Below the pieces are notes generated by a model. It searched no databases. It had not been told where the DNA came from and was given only the letters and a program-made list of their open reading frames with translations. This document shows, piece by piece, positions 19,682 to 28,344 of a stretch of 64,000 bases of DNA (the first letter of the stretch is position 1; the number at the start of each line of letters is the position of its first letter). A program made the position numbers and the translations under genes. The stretch is taken from assembly GCA_035532075.1 (NCBI GenBank), contig DATKRV010000098.1:42948-106947 (forward strand). Reading direction: 5' to 3'. This stretch comes from Acidimicrobiales bacterium. GTDB lineage: Bacteria; Actinomycetota; Acidimicrobiia; Acidimicrobiales; Bog-793.

Positions 19682-20839
19682 CTAGCGATCGAGCGCCCGG
19701 CGATAGGCCTCGACATGCAGCTCGGCAGATCGCGCCCAGGTGAACTCGCGTGCGCGCATGATTCCCAGCTCTCGACGCGCGTTCACCGTGGAACCACCGG
19801 CGATGATCTCGAGCAATGCCTCTGCAAGTGCCGTAACGTCATCGGGTTCCACATATGTCGCCGCATCCCCCGCGATCTCTGCCATGACCGACCGTTCAGT
19901 CGTGACGAGTGGCGCTCCGCAGGCGAGAGCTTCGAGCGCGGGGAGTCCGAAACCCTCCTCGATCGAGGGATAGGCAACAACGACTGCACGACGCAACAGC
20001 GGAGCAACCGCCGCACCGCGGATATAGCCGAGCTGTATGATCCGATCCGCGTAGCGCGACTCACCGATGGCTCGCATGAGTTCGTCTCGACCCCAGGCGA
20101 GCTGTCCGGCAAGCACGAGCGAGAGATCGCGGTGTCGCGCAGCGATCAAGTCAAAGGCGCGGATCAGATTCGGAATGTTCTTTCTCGGTTCCAGGGTACC
20201 GACATGGACGAGGTAGGGCGCATGGATTCCCAGCGTCTGGATGATCCCGTCGTCGCGTACCGGGTCGTCCCCGCGGTGGAAACGCGCGTGGTCGACGCCG
20301 TGGGTGATCACCCGCACCTCCGCCGCCGGATGGAAGTGCTCTTCGAAGCGCTCCGCGGTGTGCCGACTGACGCAGATGATCACTGCGGCGTGCGCGGCGC
20401 TGTATTTCATCGCCCTTCGAAACAGCGCCACCTTCGAACGCTCGTGCCACTCGGGGTGCTCGACAAAGGTGAGATCGTGCACCGTCACGACCGCGGGGAC
20501 CAAGAGCGCGCGCGGCATCTGATAGTGCGGACCATGGAAGACCTCGAGCTCGGGCTGGACTCGTCTCGCCTCTCGACCGAGCCCGAACTCTGCGTAGACC
20601 AGCCGGAGAGGCCGCGATCTCGGCGCGTTCGCGACGATCCTGAGCGACTCAAGGTGATGCGTCCGGAGCCGATCCCAGCGGGCCCGATCTGCACGACGGG
20701 AAAAGAGCGTCGTGGTGACGTCGCTGCGATCTGCGAGCGCGCGCGCGATCTCGATGCTGTAGCGACCCGCGCCGACCGGATCGCTTGGAACAGCAGTGAC
20801 ATCGAGACCGATTTGGAGGGGCCGGGCATGCTCGCTCAT
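19682..20839 (-). CDS. glycosyltransferase family 4 (GT-B)
   Basis: The C-terminal EGFGLPALEALACGAPLV motif is typical of GT4. ATG 20839 forms an ATGA overlap with the stop of the upstream GT4. The ORF is open to 20860. Confidence 0.85.
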   Translation of the reverse strand: MSEHARPLQIGLDVTAVPSDPVGAGRYSIEIARALADRSDVTTTLFSRRADRARWDRLRTHHLESLRIVANAPRSRPLRLVYAEFGLGREARRVQPELEVFHGPHYQMPRALLVPAVVTVHDLTFVEHPEWHERSKVALFRRAMKYSAAHAAVIICVSRHTAERFEEHFHPAAEVRVITHGVDHARFHRGDDPVRDDGIIQTLGIHAPYLVHVGTLEPRKNIPNLIRAFDLIAARHRDLSLVLAGQLAWGRDELMRAIGESRYADRIIQLGYIRGAAVAPLLRRAVVVAYPSIEEGFGLPALEALACGAPLVTTERSVMAEIAGDAATYVEPDDVTALAEALLEIIAGGSTVNARRELGIMRAREFTWARSAELHVEAYRRALDR

Positions 20840-21912
20840 CGCACACCGAGCTCGTTCCACACGCGCAGATGCTCCTCGGCCGTCCGTGCCCAGGTCAACT
20901 TCTCGCTATACTCGCGGCCCTCGCTCTGCAGGCGCGCGCGAAGCGCCCCGTCGGTCGTACAGACGACCAACCCCTCGGCGATCTCGTTCACATCGAGCGG
21001 ATCGACCAGAAAGGCACCGGTCGCTGCAGATGGCACCGCGCTCGACAGCACGACGGCCGATTGGCGCATCGCCTCGACTGCCGGCAGGCCGAATCCCTCC
21101 GAGAGGGGAATATAGGCGACCACCTCGGCGCCGGCATAGAGCCCCGCGAGGACACCTCCCGAGACGGAACCGACAGAGACGACGCCCTTCGTGGGTTCCA
21201 CCTCTGCCATCCATCCCGTCGGACCGCAGATCACAAGGGTGCACGGTTCGACAAGGCGGTCGCGCACCTTTGCATAGGCGCTGATAAGTCGCGCGAGGTT
21301 CTTGCGCGGTTCGATCGTTCCGACGCTGAGGATGTAACGCCCGTGAATTCCATTGCGCTCGAGGAGCGACCGCGTCGCAACAAGATCAGGCGCTTCAAGG
21401 TGATCCGAACCTTCGGTGATCACGTGCACCCTCGTCGAGGCAATCTCGAGCCCCGCTTCGAGGAGCTGGTTAGAGACGCTCTCGGAGGGAACGATGAACG
21501 CGTCTGCAACTCGCGCGGCTCGTCGCAGCGCGCGTTCGTGCCAGTGCCTTCCATGCGCGCTAAAGGCCTCCGGAACGATCCGGAAGGCAAGATCGTGAAT
21601 CGTCACCACCAGGGGGAGGTGCGTTGGTGGAATCGCGAGCGAGGGAGCGTGAACGATCCCGCTGCCAGCGACACGCGGTCCCGTTCCGACCTCCCAAAGT
21701 CGTGTCAAGAGTGGTCCGGGGATTGGCGTCGTCCTGAGCGTTGCACCGAGCCGTCGGAGCGGGTCGTTTCTTCCGCGCGATCTGCTCGCGTAGAGCGTGA
21801 GCCACTCTGGATCCTCGTCACCTCGTGCGACTAGCGCGCGCACGAGCTCTTTGGTGTAGGTGCCAATACCACCGGGAACGTCGCGGCGAAGCTGTTGCAC
21901 GACGAGCGTCAC
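20836..21912 (-). CDS. glycosyltransferase family 4 (GT-B), tandem paralogue
   Basis: SEGFGLPAVEAMRQSAVVL motif, with a GGIGTYTKELVRAL N-terminus. The 460-aa ORF extends into cofE in another frame, so GTG 21912 (VTLVVQQL) is taken as the start. Confidence 0.8.
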   Translation of the reverse strand: MTLVVQQLRRDVPGGIGTYTKELVRALVARGDEDPEWLTLYASRSRGRNDPLRRLGATLRTTPIPGPLLTRLWEVGTGPRVAGSGIVHAPSLAIPPTHLPLVVTIHDLAFRIVPEAFSAHGRHWHERALRRAARVADAFIVPSESVSNQLLEAGLEIASTRVHVITEGSDHLEAPDLVATRSLLERNGIHGRYILSVGTIEPRKNLARLISAYAKVRDRLVEPCTLVICGPTGWMAEVEPTKGVVSVGSVSGGVLAGLYAGAEVVAYIPLSEGFGLPAVEAMRQSAVVLSSAVPSAATGAFLVDPLDVNEIAEGLVVCTTDGALRARLQSEGREYSEKLTWARTAEEHLRVWNELGVR

Positions 21913-21947
21913 CTGTCGTTCTTTATCTCGCGGCTCGGCCGGATCGA

Positions 21948-22676
21948 TCACCGGAAGAGATCCTCGCCTGGCGGGCGCACGATCTCCGCCCGCACCGACG
22001 ACTCGCGGAACCACTCCCGGTTCACCCCACGGACCACGGCGACAGGAACCCGATTCGCCTTTCCCATGACGAGATCGGCAGCCGAGCAGATCTCGTCTGC
22101 GACACACACCTCCGTCGCGACAAGTTCGCGTCCAAGGTGATCTCGGGTCGAGCGGAGATCGACCACAGCCGCGATGCCGGAGATTCCGATCGCGACGTCG
22201 GTTACACCGCGTCTCCACGCGCGACCGAACGTATCCGAGATGATGACCCCGATATCAACCTTGACGAGATGCGCGATGGCGTCGCGAAGACCGCGCGCCG
22301 AGCGGTCTGGATCGAGTGGCAACAAGACGGCATATCCTTCGGCGACGTTGGAGAGATCGACACCGGAGTTCGCGCAGATGAATCCATGTCGCGTCTCGGT
22401 GATCACGAGGTCACCCCGACGCCGCAGCACGCGTACCGCCTCGGACTCGGCGAGCCGTCGTTTTGCATCTGGATCATCACGGTCGATCTCGACCACGCGC
22501 CCCTCAGCCTTGGAGATGATCTTCTGCGTGACGACGAGAACGTCGCCGTCACGCAGCTCGCCACCGTAATGGTGGATCGCATCGACGATCAGCCTTGCGA
22601 GTGGATCGCCATGCCTGATCTCCATGAGGCCCTCGACGCCGAAGACCGAGATGCCTGCGGGGCTCATCGCCTTCAA
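21948..22676 (-). CDS. cofE: coenzyme F420-0:L-glutamate ligase, single-domain CofE type
   Basis: 242 aa. VLVVTQKIISKAEGRVV and the DSGGAG-free CofE fold pattern (GFICANSGVDLSN). 4-nt overlap with the cofD stop. No C-terminal nitroreductase-like domain. Confidence 0.85.
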   Translation of the reverse strand: MKAMSPAGISVFGVEGLMEIRHGDPLARLIVDAIHHYGGELRDGDVLVVTQKIISKAEGRVVEIDRDDPDAKRRLAESEAVRVLRRRGDLVITETRHGFICANSGVDLSNVAEGYAVLLPLDPDRSARGLRDAIAHLVKVDIGVIISDTFGRAWRRGVTDVAIGISGIAAVVDLRSTRDHLGRELVATEVCVADEICSAADLVMGKANRVPVAVVRGVNREWFRESSVRAEIVRPPGEDLFR

Positions 22677-23620
22677 GCCTGCGCCTTGAACGTGTCAATT
22701 CCAAGCGCGCGGCACACCACGCGGGCGAGATCGCCGGCCACGAGCGCGTCACTCATCACCGTGTCGGTCATCACGCAACGCATGCCAAGATCCTCGATCC
22801 GGCCCGCCTCGGCACGATCTTGTTGATCGATCACCATCGTCGCAGAAAACCTCACGAGGAGCCCGGCCACCCCCGATGCGCTCGAGGAGTGACCAAGTTC
22901 CGCGAGCAGCCGGTCGGCAGGGCCTTTCAGCGCGCGTCCGCCGATGATCGGAGAGATTGCTGCGACGTGGCGACGGCGACGCTCGAGTACCTCGGCGATC
23001 GCGGGAACTGCAAGGATCGGACCGATCGAGACGACCGGATTCGATGGGGCGATGATGATCGCGTCAGCATCTTCGAGCGCCTCGAGGACACCCGGGGCTG
23101 GAATCGCCTGTTCCGCTCCGGCAAAGTGCACCGCCTTGACCGCGACCGCGTGGTGACGGTGGACAAAATACTCCTGGAAGTCAATCTCCTCGCCGTCAAG
23201 CGTGGTGAGTTTGGTACGAACCGGGTCATTCGTCATCGGTACAATCGAGAGGGTAAGCCCAAAGGCCTGCGTGATGTTGCGGGTCACCTCATGGAGCAGA
23301 CGTCCCGACGCAAGCGCCTCGCTGCGATACAGGTGCGTTGCGAGGTCTTTGTCGCCAATTGCGAACCAACGCGCAGCGCCGAAGCGCTCGAGCCCATCGA
23401 GCACATTCCAGCTCTCTCCCTCGAGGCCCCAACCCGTCGTCGCGCCCAGGCCGGCAAGGGTGTAGGTCACGGTATCAATGTCCGGACAGACACGGAGCGT
23501 ATTCCATTCGAGATCGTCGCCGGTGTTGACGATCGCGCTGATCTCTCGTTCGTCAATCACGTAACGCAGGCCCGTCAGGAACCGTGCCGCGCCGACACCG
23601 CCGCACAGTACCGCGATCAC
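22673..23620 (-). CDS. cofD: 2-phospho-L-lactate (or EPPG) transferase
   Basis: VIAVLCGGVGAARFLTGL N-terminus and NPVVSIGPILAVP motif. GTG 23620 forms a GTGA overlap with the upstream epimerase stop. The ORF is open to 23683. Confidence 0.88.
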   Translation of the reverse strand: MIAVLCGGVGAARFLTGLRYVIDEREISAIVNTGDDLEWNTLRVCPDIDTVTYTLAGLGATTGWGLEGESWNVLDGLERFGAARWFAIGDKDLATHLYRSEALASGRLLHEVTRNITQAFGLTLSIVPMTNDPVRTKLTTLDGEEIDFQEYFVHRHHAVAVKAVHFAGAEQAIPAPGVLEALEDADAIIIAPSNPVVSIGPILAVPAIAEVLERRRRHVAAISPIIGGRALKGPADRLLAELGHSSSASGVAGLLVRFSATMVIDQQDRAEAGRIEDLGMRCVMTDTVMSDALVAGDLARVVCRALGIDTFKAQA

Positions 23621-24558
23621 GTTGGATCCATCTGGGCAATCGTGATGTCGACACCCTCCGCGAGTGTCGTCCATGGACTCCAACCGAGCTCGCGCCGGGC
23701 GCGGCCGAAGTCAAGCGAGCTCCTTCGGATCTCTCCGGGGCGAGCGGACTCTCTCAACGGCTTGAGCTTCGATGCGCACGCCTTTGCGACCAGCAGGTAC
23801 AGCTCGCGGATACTTGTCTCGACAGCGGTGCCGATGTTGAGCACAAGACCTCCCGCCCGGTCGATTGACCGGACAAAGGCGTCCACCACGTCGTCGACGA
23901 AGACGAAATCGCGCGTCTGTCTGCCATCACCGTAGATCACCGGTGCTCGACCATTGCGGAGCTGATTGGCGAAGATCGATACCACACCGCCCTCCTGGCT
24001 GGCTCGCTGGCGCGGTCCATAGACGTTGGCCGGAGCGAGCACGGTGTATTCGAGGCCGAACAGCTCGCGATAGATCTTCAAATATTCCACCATCGCCAAT
24101 TTGCCGACCGCATAGGGAGAGCTCGGCACCGCGCCCCTACTCTCTTTGAATGGAAGTGTCTGGTCATCTCCATCGCCGTAGAGCGCGCCGCCGCTCGATG
24201 CCACAACCACCTTCGCACATCCGGCACCAAGGGCGGCCTCAAAGACACGCAGACTGCCGATGATGTTGCTGTCCGCGTCGAATATAGGACGCGCGAGCGA
24301 CTCGCTTACGCTTGTCTGCGCGGCAAGATGAAAGATCACATCCGGTTTCCTTCGCGCGACATAGTCGATCAGCTCGGGAACACGCACATCCATCTGCTGG
24401 AATGTAAGCGGACCGGACAGCAACCTCGCCTGTTGCAGATTCTTCAGCGAGCCGCTCGAAAGATCATCGACGACATCGACACTGTGCCCTTCGGCAAGAA
24501 GTCGATCGACGATCGAAGATCCGATGAATCCGGCTCCCCCGGTGACGAGGGTTCTCAT
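23617..24558 (-). CDS. NAD-dependent epimerase/dehydratase (UDP-glucose 4-epimerase family)
   Basis: MRTLVTGGAGFIGSSIVDRL at internal ATG 24558 and the YAVGKLAMV YxxxK motif. The ORF is open to 24678. Confidence 0.85.
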   Translation of the reverse strand: MRTLVTGGAGFIGSSIVDRLLAEGHSVDVVDDLSSGSLKNLQQARLLSGPLTFQQMDVRVPELIDYVARRKPDVIFHLAAQTSVSESLARPIFDADSNIIGSLRVFEAALGAGCAKVVVASSGGALYGDGDDQTLPFKESRGAVPSSPYAVGKLAMVEYLKIYRELFGLEYTVLAPANVYGPRQRASQEGGVVSIFANQLRNGRAPVIYGDGRQTRDFVFVDDVVDAFVRSIDRAGGLVLNIGTAVETSIRELYLLVAKACASKLKPLRESARPGEIRRSSLDFGRARRELGWSPWTTLAEGVDITIAQMDPT

Positions 24559-24565
24559 CGCGACC

Positions 24566-25642
24566 TCATAGAGCGAGTCGCGCGCCAGATGCGCGCGTCT
24601 CTCGTTCGACGTGAACTCGGGCACCAACGATCGAATCACTGATCTGTGAGCTCGCTCCAATGCGCGCGTAAGGTCCAATGATCGAACGTTCGATCACACT
24701 GTCGCAATCAACCATTGCTCCGGTCATCACGACAGATTCATCGAGGCGTGTACCCGATGCGATCACCGCACCCGCCTCGATCACGCAATCACGCACCGAT
24801 GCGGTTCGAGCGACGCTCGAACGCGCACCGAAGAAATTTGCTCCGATCACCTCGCCCATGACCCGTGCATCGGCCGCGGCGAGCACGCCGCGGGAGATTT
24901 CAAGATGATCGGGCAGGATCACCTGAGGGCGGAGTCCGCGAAGTACATCCCACTGCGCCTGCAGATAACGCTCGGGCGTCCCCGTGTCGAGCCAGTAGCT
25001 CTCCGAGGCTTTCGCGAAGAGCTCACCGGTTCTCACGAGTTCGGGAAATATCTCGCGCTCGATCGACACCGGGACATTGCGCGCAATCATCTTGAGCACC
25101 GATGGTTCAAGCACGTAGGTCCCCGCATTGATCATGTTCGTCGGTGCCTCGCCGATCGCGGGTTTTTCGATGAACGCGATCACCCGGCCGAATTGGTCGG
25201 TCGACACCACTCCGAATGCCGACGGGTCCTTCACCGGCGTCAGCGCGATCGTCGCGCTCCCCGCGTGTTGTTCATGAAATCTGATCAGATCGCCAATATC
25301 GAGATCGGTGATGATGTCGCCATTGATGACGATCAGCAGTTCGTCAGCAACGCCTGCATAGTCCGCGGCGAAGGCAATGGCTCCGGCGGTATCGCGTGGG
25401 TCGGGTTCGGTCGCCGTGACCACGACGACGCCTGCGTGTTCACCCGAGGAGAAAGCCGCGAGAAATGCATCGGACTGATGACCGAGTGCGAAGACGACCT
25501 TGGTCACCCCATGGGAGGCAAGCCATTCGACGATCTCGAAGATCATCGGCCGCCCAACGATCGGCAGAAGCGGCTTGGGGATCTCGTAGGTGAGTGGACG
25601 GAGACGGGTCCCCTGTCCCCCGACGAGTACGAGCGCGTTCAC
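24566..25642 (-). CDS. sugar-1-phosphate nucleotidylyltransferase with C-terminal left-handed beta-helix (mannose-1-phosphate guanylyltransferase-like)
   Basis: VNALVLVGGQGTRLRPLTYEIPKPLLPIVG signature starting at GTG 25642. The long N-terminal extension to 26074 overlaps the upstream gene in another frame and is rejected. Its position matches mycobacterial manB (Rv3264c) next to wbbL1/rmlD. Confidence 0.85.
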   Translation of the reverse strand: MNALVLVGGQGTRLRPLTYEIPKPLLPIVGRPMIFEIVEWLASHGVTKVVFALGHQSDAFLAAFSSGEHAGVVVVTATEPDPRDTAGAIAFAADYAGVADELLIVINGDIITDLDIGDLIRFHEQHAGSATIALTPVKDPSAFGVVSTDQFGRVIAFIEKPAIGEAPTNMINAGTYVLEPSVLKMIARNVPVSIEREIFPELVRTGELFAKASESYWLDTGTPERYLQAQWDVLRGLRPQVILPDHLEISRGVLAAADARVMGEVIGANFFGARSSVARTASVRDCVIEAGAVIASGTRLDESVVMTGAMVDCDSVIERSIIGPYARIGASSQISDSIVGARVHVERETRASGARLAL

Positions 25643-25665
25643 TTTCGCACCTGGGGGTACCGGTG

Positions 25666-26523
25666 TTAACCCGAGGTCGTTGAAGAGGTACTCGAGGTGC
25701 TGGGCGTCACGCTCGGTACGCCGCCCGTCGAGCTGGTCGATGAGGTATTCGACGTGCCCGTCGCCGGCAGGGTCGTCGTGGTAGACGTCCCAGCGCTTGT
25801 AGGAACGGTGCTCGGCAGCGTCGTCGTCGTCCCGATCGACCCAACCTTTGCGTTCTGGGCCATCGTCGAGATCAATGTCGCCTTCGAGGAGGGCTCGGGG
25901 ATCGACGCCCCCACGGGAACGAAGGCGAGGGTGATCATCTTTCCGTTGTCGAGATGAATCGAGGTGATGTTCGTGCTCACAAGCGACGGAGAGGCGGTCG
26001 GAGAGGACCAGACCTTCGCGACGAGCTTGCCCTTGCCGTGCAAAGGTCCGTTGCAGGTCGCTCCATTGCTCCACAGCACCGGCAGCTTGCCCGGAATCTG
26101 GATCGAGGTGTTTGTGAGCGTGAGGCCCGAATAATTGACCGCGAAGTTTCCGAGTGTCGCATTGGCACCCTCATAGGACGCCGATGCGGCCACTGCGCCA
26201 GGGTTGATGTCGATCAGGCCGTTCCCGAATGTGCGCAGACCGACCGAGGTGAGATTCGAACTCGGAGCGAGATCTGGCTGGATCGAACCACACAGGTCGA
26301 TACCGAGTGCGCTTACCCAGTGATCCGTCGCGCTCGGGCCGATCGACGGCTTCGATCCAGTCGAATTCTTCTCGTTGCGGGTGTAGACCGTGAGACCCAC
26401 ACCGAGCACCACGATCAGCGTCATCAGCGCGTACCAGGCCCGCGGCCGCTGCGCTCGATAGCTCTTTGAGCCGCCGCTGGCGGCGGCGCGGGCAACGGAA
26501 CGGGCAATAGAGCTTCGTGGCAT
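25666..26523 (-). CDS. membrane-anchored extracytoplasmic protein with Ser/Thr-rich C-terminal tail, function unknown
   Basis: 285 aa. Basic N-terminus, one TM (WYALMTLIVVLGVGLTVY), a globular region, then TTTLPSTVPTSAGTSTTTTLPATGTSNTSSTSSTGG.... Confidence 0.7.
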   Translation of the reverse strand: MPRSSIARSVARAAASGGSKSYRAQRPRAWYALMTLIVVLGVGLTVYTRNEKNSTGSKPSIGPSATDHWVSALGIDLCGSIQPDLAPSSNLTSVGLRTFGNGLIDINPGAVAASASYEGANATLGNFAVNYSGLTLTNTSIQIPGKLPVLWSNGATCNGPLHGKGKLVAKVWSSPTASPSLVSTNITSIHLDNGKMITLAFVPVGASIPEPSSKATLISTMAQNAKVGSIGTTTTLPSTVPTSAGTSTTTTLPATGTSNTSSTSSTGGVPSVTPSTSSTSSTTSG

Positions 26524-26569
26524 GGATGGCGAAGCTTACTCAATGCTCAGCGAAGGTGGCGAGCGAACG

Positions 26570-27412
26570 CTATCGGCGGCCGAATTGGCGGATGAGGGCG
26601 ACCGCGAGTCGGCCGACGACCCCGACAAAGACGAAGGGCAGGATCACCGAACGCGCCCCGGTCAGCGACTTTCGTGCGAACCGCCAGGCGGAGACGTGAT
26701 GGGCGACAAGCATCCGGTACGGGTGCTGGCCGGCGGAGATTCCGCCATGATGAACCACGGTCGCCGCGGGAAGATAGGCCGAGCGCCATCCGATCTGGCG
26801 CAGCCGCCAGCACAGGTCGAGATCTTCGACATACATGAAATAGCGTTCGTCAAAGCCTCCAACGGCGTCAAATGCCTCGGCACAGACGAGGAAACAGGCG
26901 CCAGAGACCCAGTCGGCCGAAACCGCATGAGTCGCGCCAATCGTCGCGAACCTATAGCGGCGCGAAAACCGGTTGTGGGGCCAAAACATCGACAACAACG
27001 CATGCCCGAACGCATCGGTGATACTCGGGAACGAACGAGCCGAGGGATACACCTGACCATTCGTCTCGAAGATCCTCGGACCGACAACGCCGGTGTCGTG
27101 GTGGTGACTGAGATATTCCGCAAGCAGCGCGGGAGCCTCGCGATCGATGACGAGGTCGGGATTGCAGACGAAAATATGCTCATCCACAAGCTCCGCGCGG
27201 CCCAGGTTGACCGCGCTTCCATAGCCGAGATTCTTCCTCGACAAGATGACCCGCACGTCGGGATAGGCGCGCTGTACGGGTGCGAGTGAGGCGTCGTGCG
27301 AGTCATTGTCGACGACAACGATCGACTCGATCCCCGATGTGACAAGACTCGTCACACACGCGAAGAGAGAATCGCCCGCATTGTGGTTGACGACGATCGC
27401 TCCAGTCGTCAT
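26570..27412 (-). CDS. family 2 glycosyltransferase, WbbL-type rhamnosyltransferase-like
   Basis: 280 aa. AIVVNHNAGDSL, VVVDNDSHD and YVEDLDLCWRL motifs. It lies immediately downstream of rmlD, as in the mycobacterial wbbL1-rmlD pair. Confidence 0.8.
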   Translation of the reverse strand: MTTGAIVVNHNAGDSLFACVTSLVTSGIESIVVVDNDSHDASLAPVQRAYPDVRVILSRKNLGYGSAVNLGRAELVDEHIFVCNPDLVIDREAPALLAEYLSHHHDTGVVGPRIFETNGQVYPSARSFPSITDAFGHALLSMFWPHNRFSRRYRFATIGATHAVSADWVSGACFLVCAEAFDAVGGFDERYFMYVEDLDLCWRLRQIGWRSAYLPAATVVHHGGISAGQHPYRMLVAHHVSAWRFARKSLTGARSVILPFVFVGVVGRLAVALIRQFGRR

Positions 27413-27445
27413 GGAACGACCGCGACAGACATGGTCACGCCAGCA

Positions 27446-28318
27446 TCATCCGCGGAGTTGACGGACGAGACGCTCCGCCGATTCGTGCCAGTCCGGGAGG
27501 AGCGAGAGACCACTCGCGAGGAGCGCTGCATTTTCGAGCACCGAATTCATCGGCCTCTTCGCCGGACGGACCGGAAAGAGTTCTTCGGTGGCGATGGGCT
27601 CGACGCGTAAATGATCTCCCCCGGCGAGCCGAACGATCTCGCGCGCGAACTCGAACCAGGTCGTCGGACCCTGGTTTGTGACATGGAAGATGCCCCGACG
27701 GCGCGACAGGGCGAGTTCGATGACACTCGGCGCAAGATCAGCGGCAAAGGTGGGACATCCGCGCTGGTCATCCACAAAACGCAGTGGTTCATCATTTTTG
27801 TCAACCAGTCGCAGAACTGTTTTGAGCATGTTCGAACCGTGCTCACCACACACCCAGGAGGTCCGCACGATCGTCGAAGAGAGATCCAACACACGTTCTC
27901 CAGCGAGTTTTGATCTTCCATATACCGACTGTGGATTCGGATCGTCCCATTCGAGATACGGTCGCCCGAGCGTCCCATCAAAGACATAGTCGGTCGAGAG
28001 ATAGCACAGATGTGCACCGACACCCGCGGCTGCCTCGGCGAGATGTCGCGTTCCGAGATAGTTCACCCGGAAGGCGCGCTCCACCTCGCTCTCACAGGCA
28101 TCGACCGCGGTGAAGGCGGCAGGATGAATGATCACGTCGGGTTCGATTGTGCGGATCAGCATATGGACCACATCGCGCTCTGCGATGTCGAGGTCATCGT
28201 GGGTGGCGCCAACAATGTCGATGAGCGCTCTCGCTGTTCGCGCCTCGTTTCTTCGATTCAGCTCCGCGACGATATCGGAGCCGACCTGACCGCCCGCGCC
28301 CGTTACCAGTACCCGCAT
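27446..28318 (-). CDS. rmlD: dTDP-4-dehydrorhamnose reductase
   Basis: 290 aa. MRVLVTGAGGQVGSD and YGRSKLAGE (YxxxK), with an RmlD-length SDR. Confidence 0.9.
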   Translation of the reverse strand: MRVLVTGAGGQVGSDIVAELNRRNEARTARALIDIVGATHDDLDIAERDVVHMLIRTIEPDVIIHPAAFTAVDACESEVERAFRVNYLGTRHLAEAAAGVGAHLCYLSTDYVFDGTLGRPYLEWDDPNPQSVYGRSKLAGERVLDLSSTIVRTSWVCGEHGSNMLKTVLRLVDKNDEPLRFVDDQRGCPTFAADLAPSVIELALSRRRGIFHVTNQGPTTWFEFAREIVRLAGGDHLRVEPIATEELFPVRPAKRPMNSVLENAALLASGLSLLPDWHESAERLVRQLRG

Positions 28319-28344
28319 CTAGCGCGTCGCCAAGCTCGTTGGCA

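Noticed and set aside
21913-22218. N-terminal extensions of several ORFs (20836..22218, 24566..26074, 35006..37252, 41201..42580, 23617..24678, 6892..7944)
   Set aside because: The extensions overlap the neighbouring gene in another frame and are low-complexity Arg-rich sequence. Internal ATG/GTG starts give canonical N-termini, often with 4-nt overlaps to the upstream stop.
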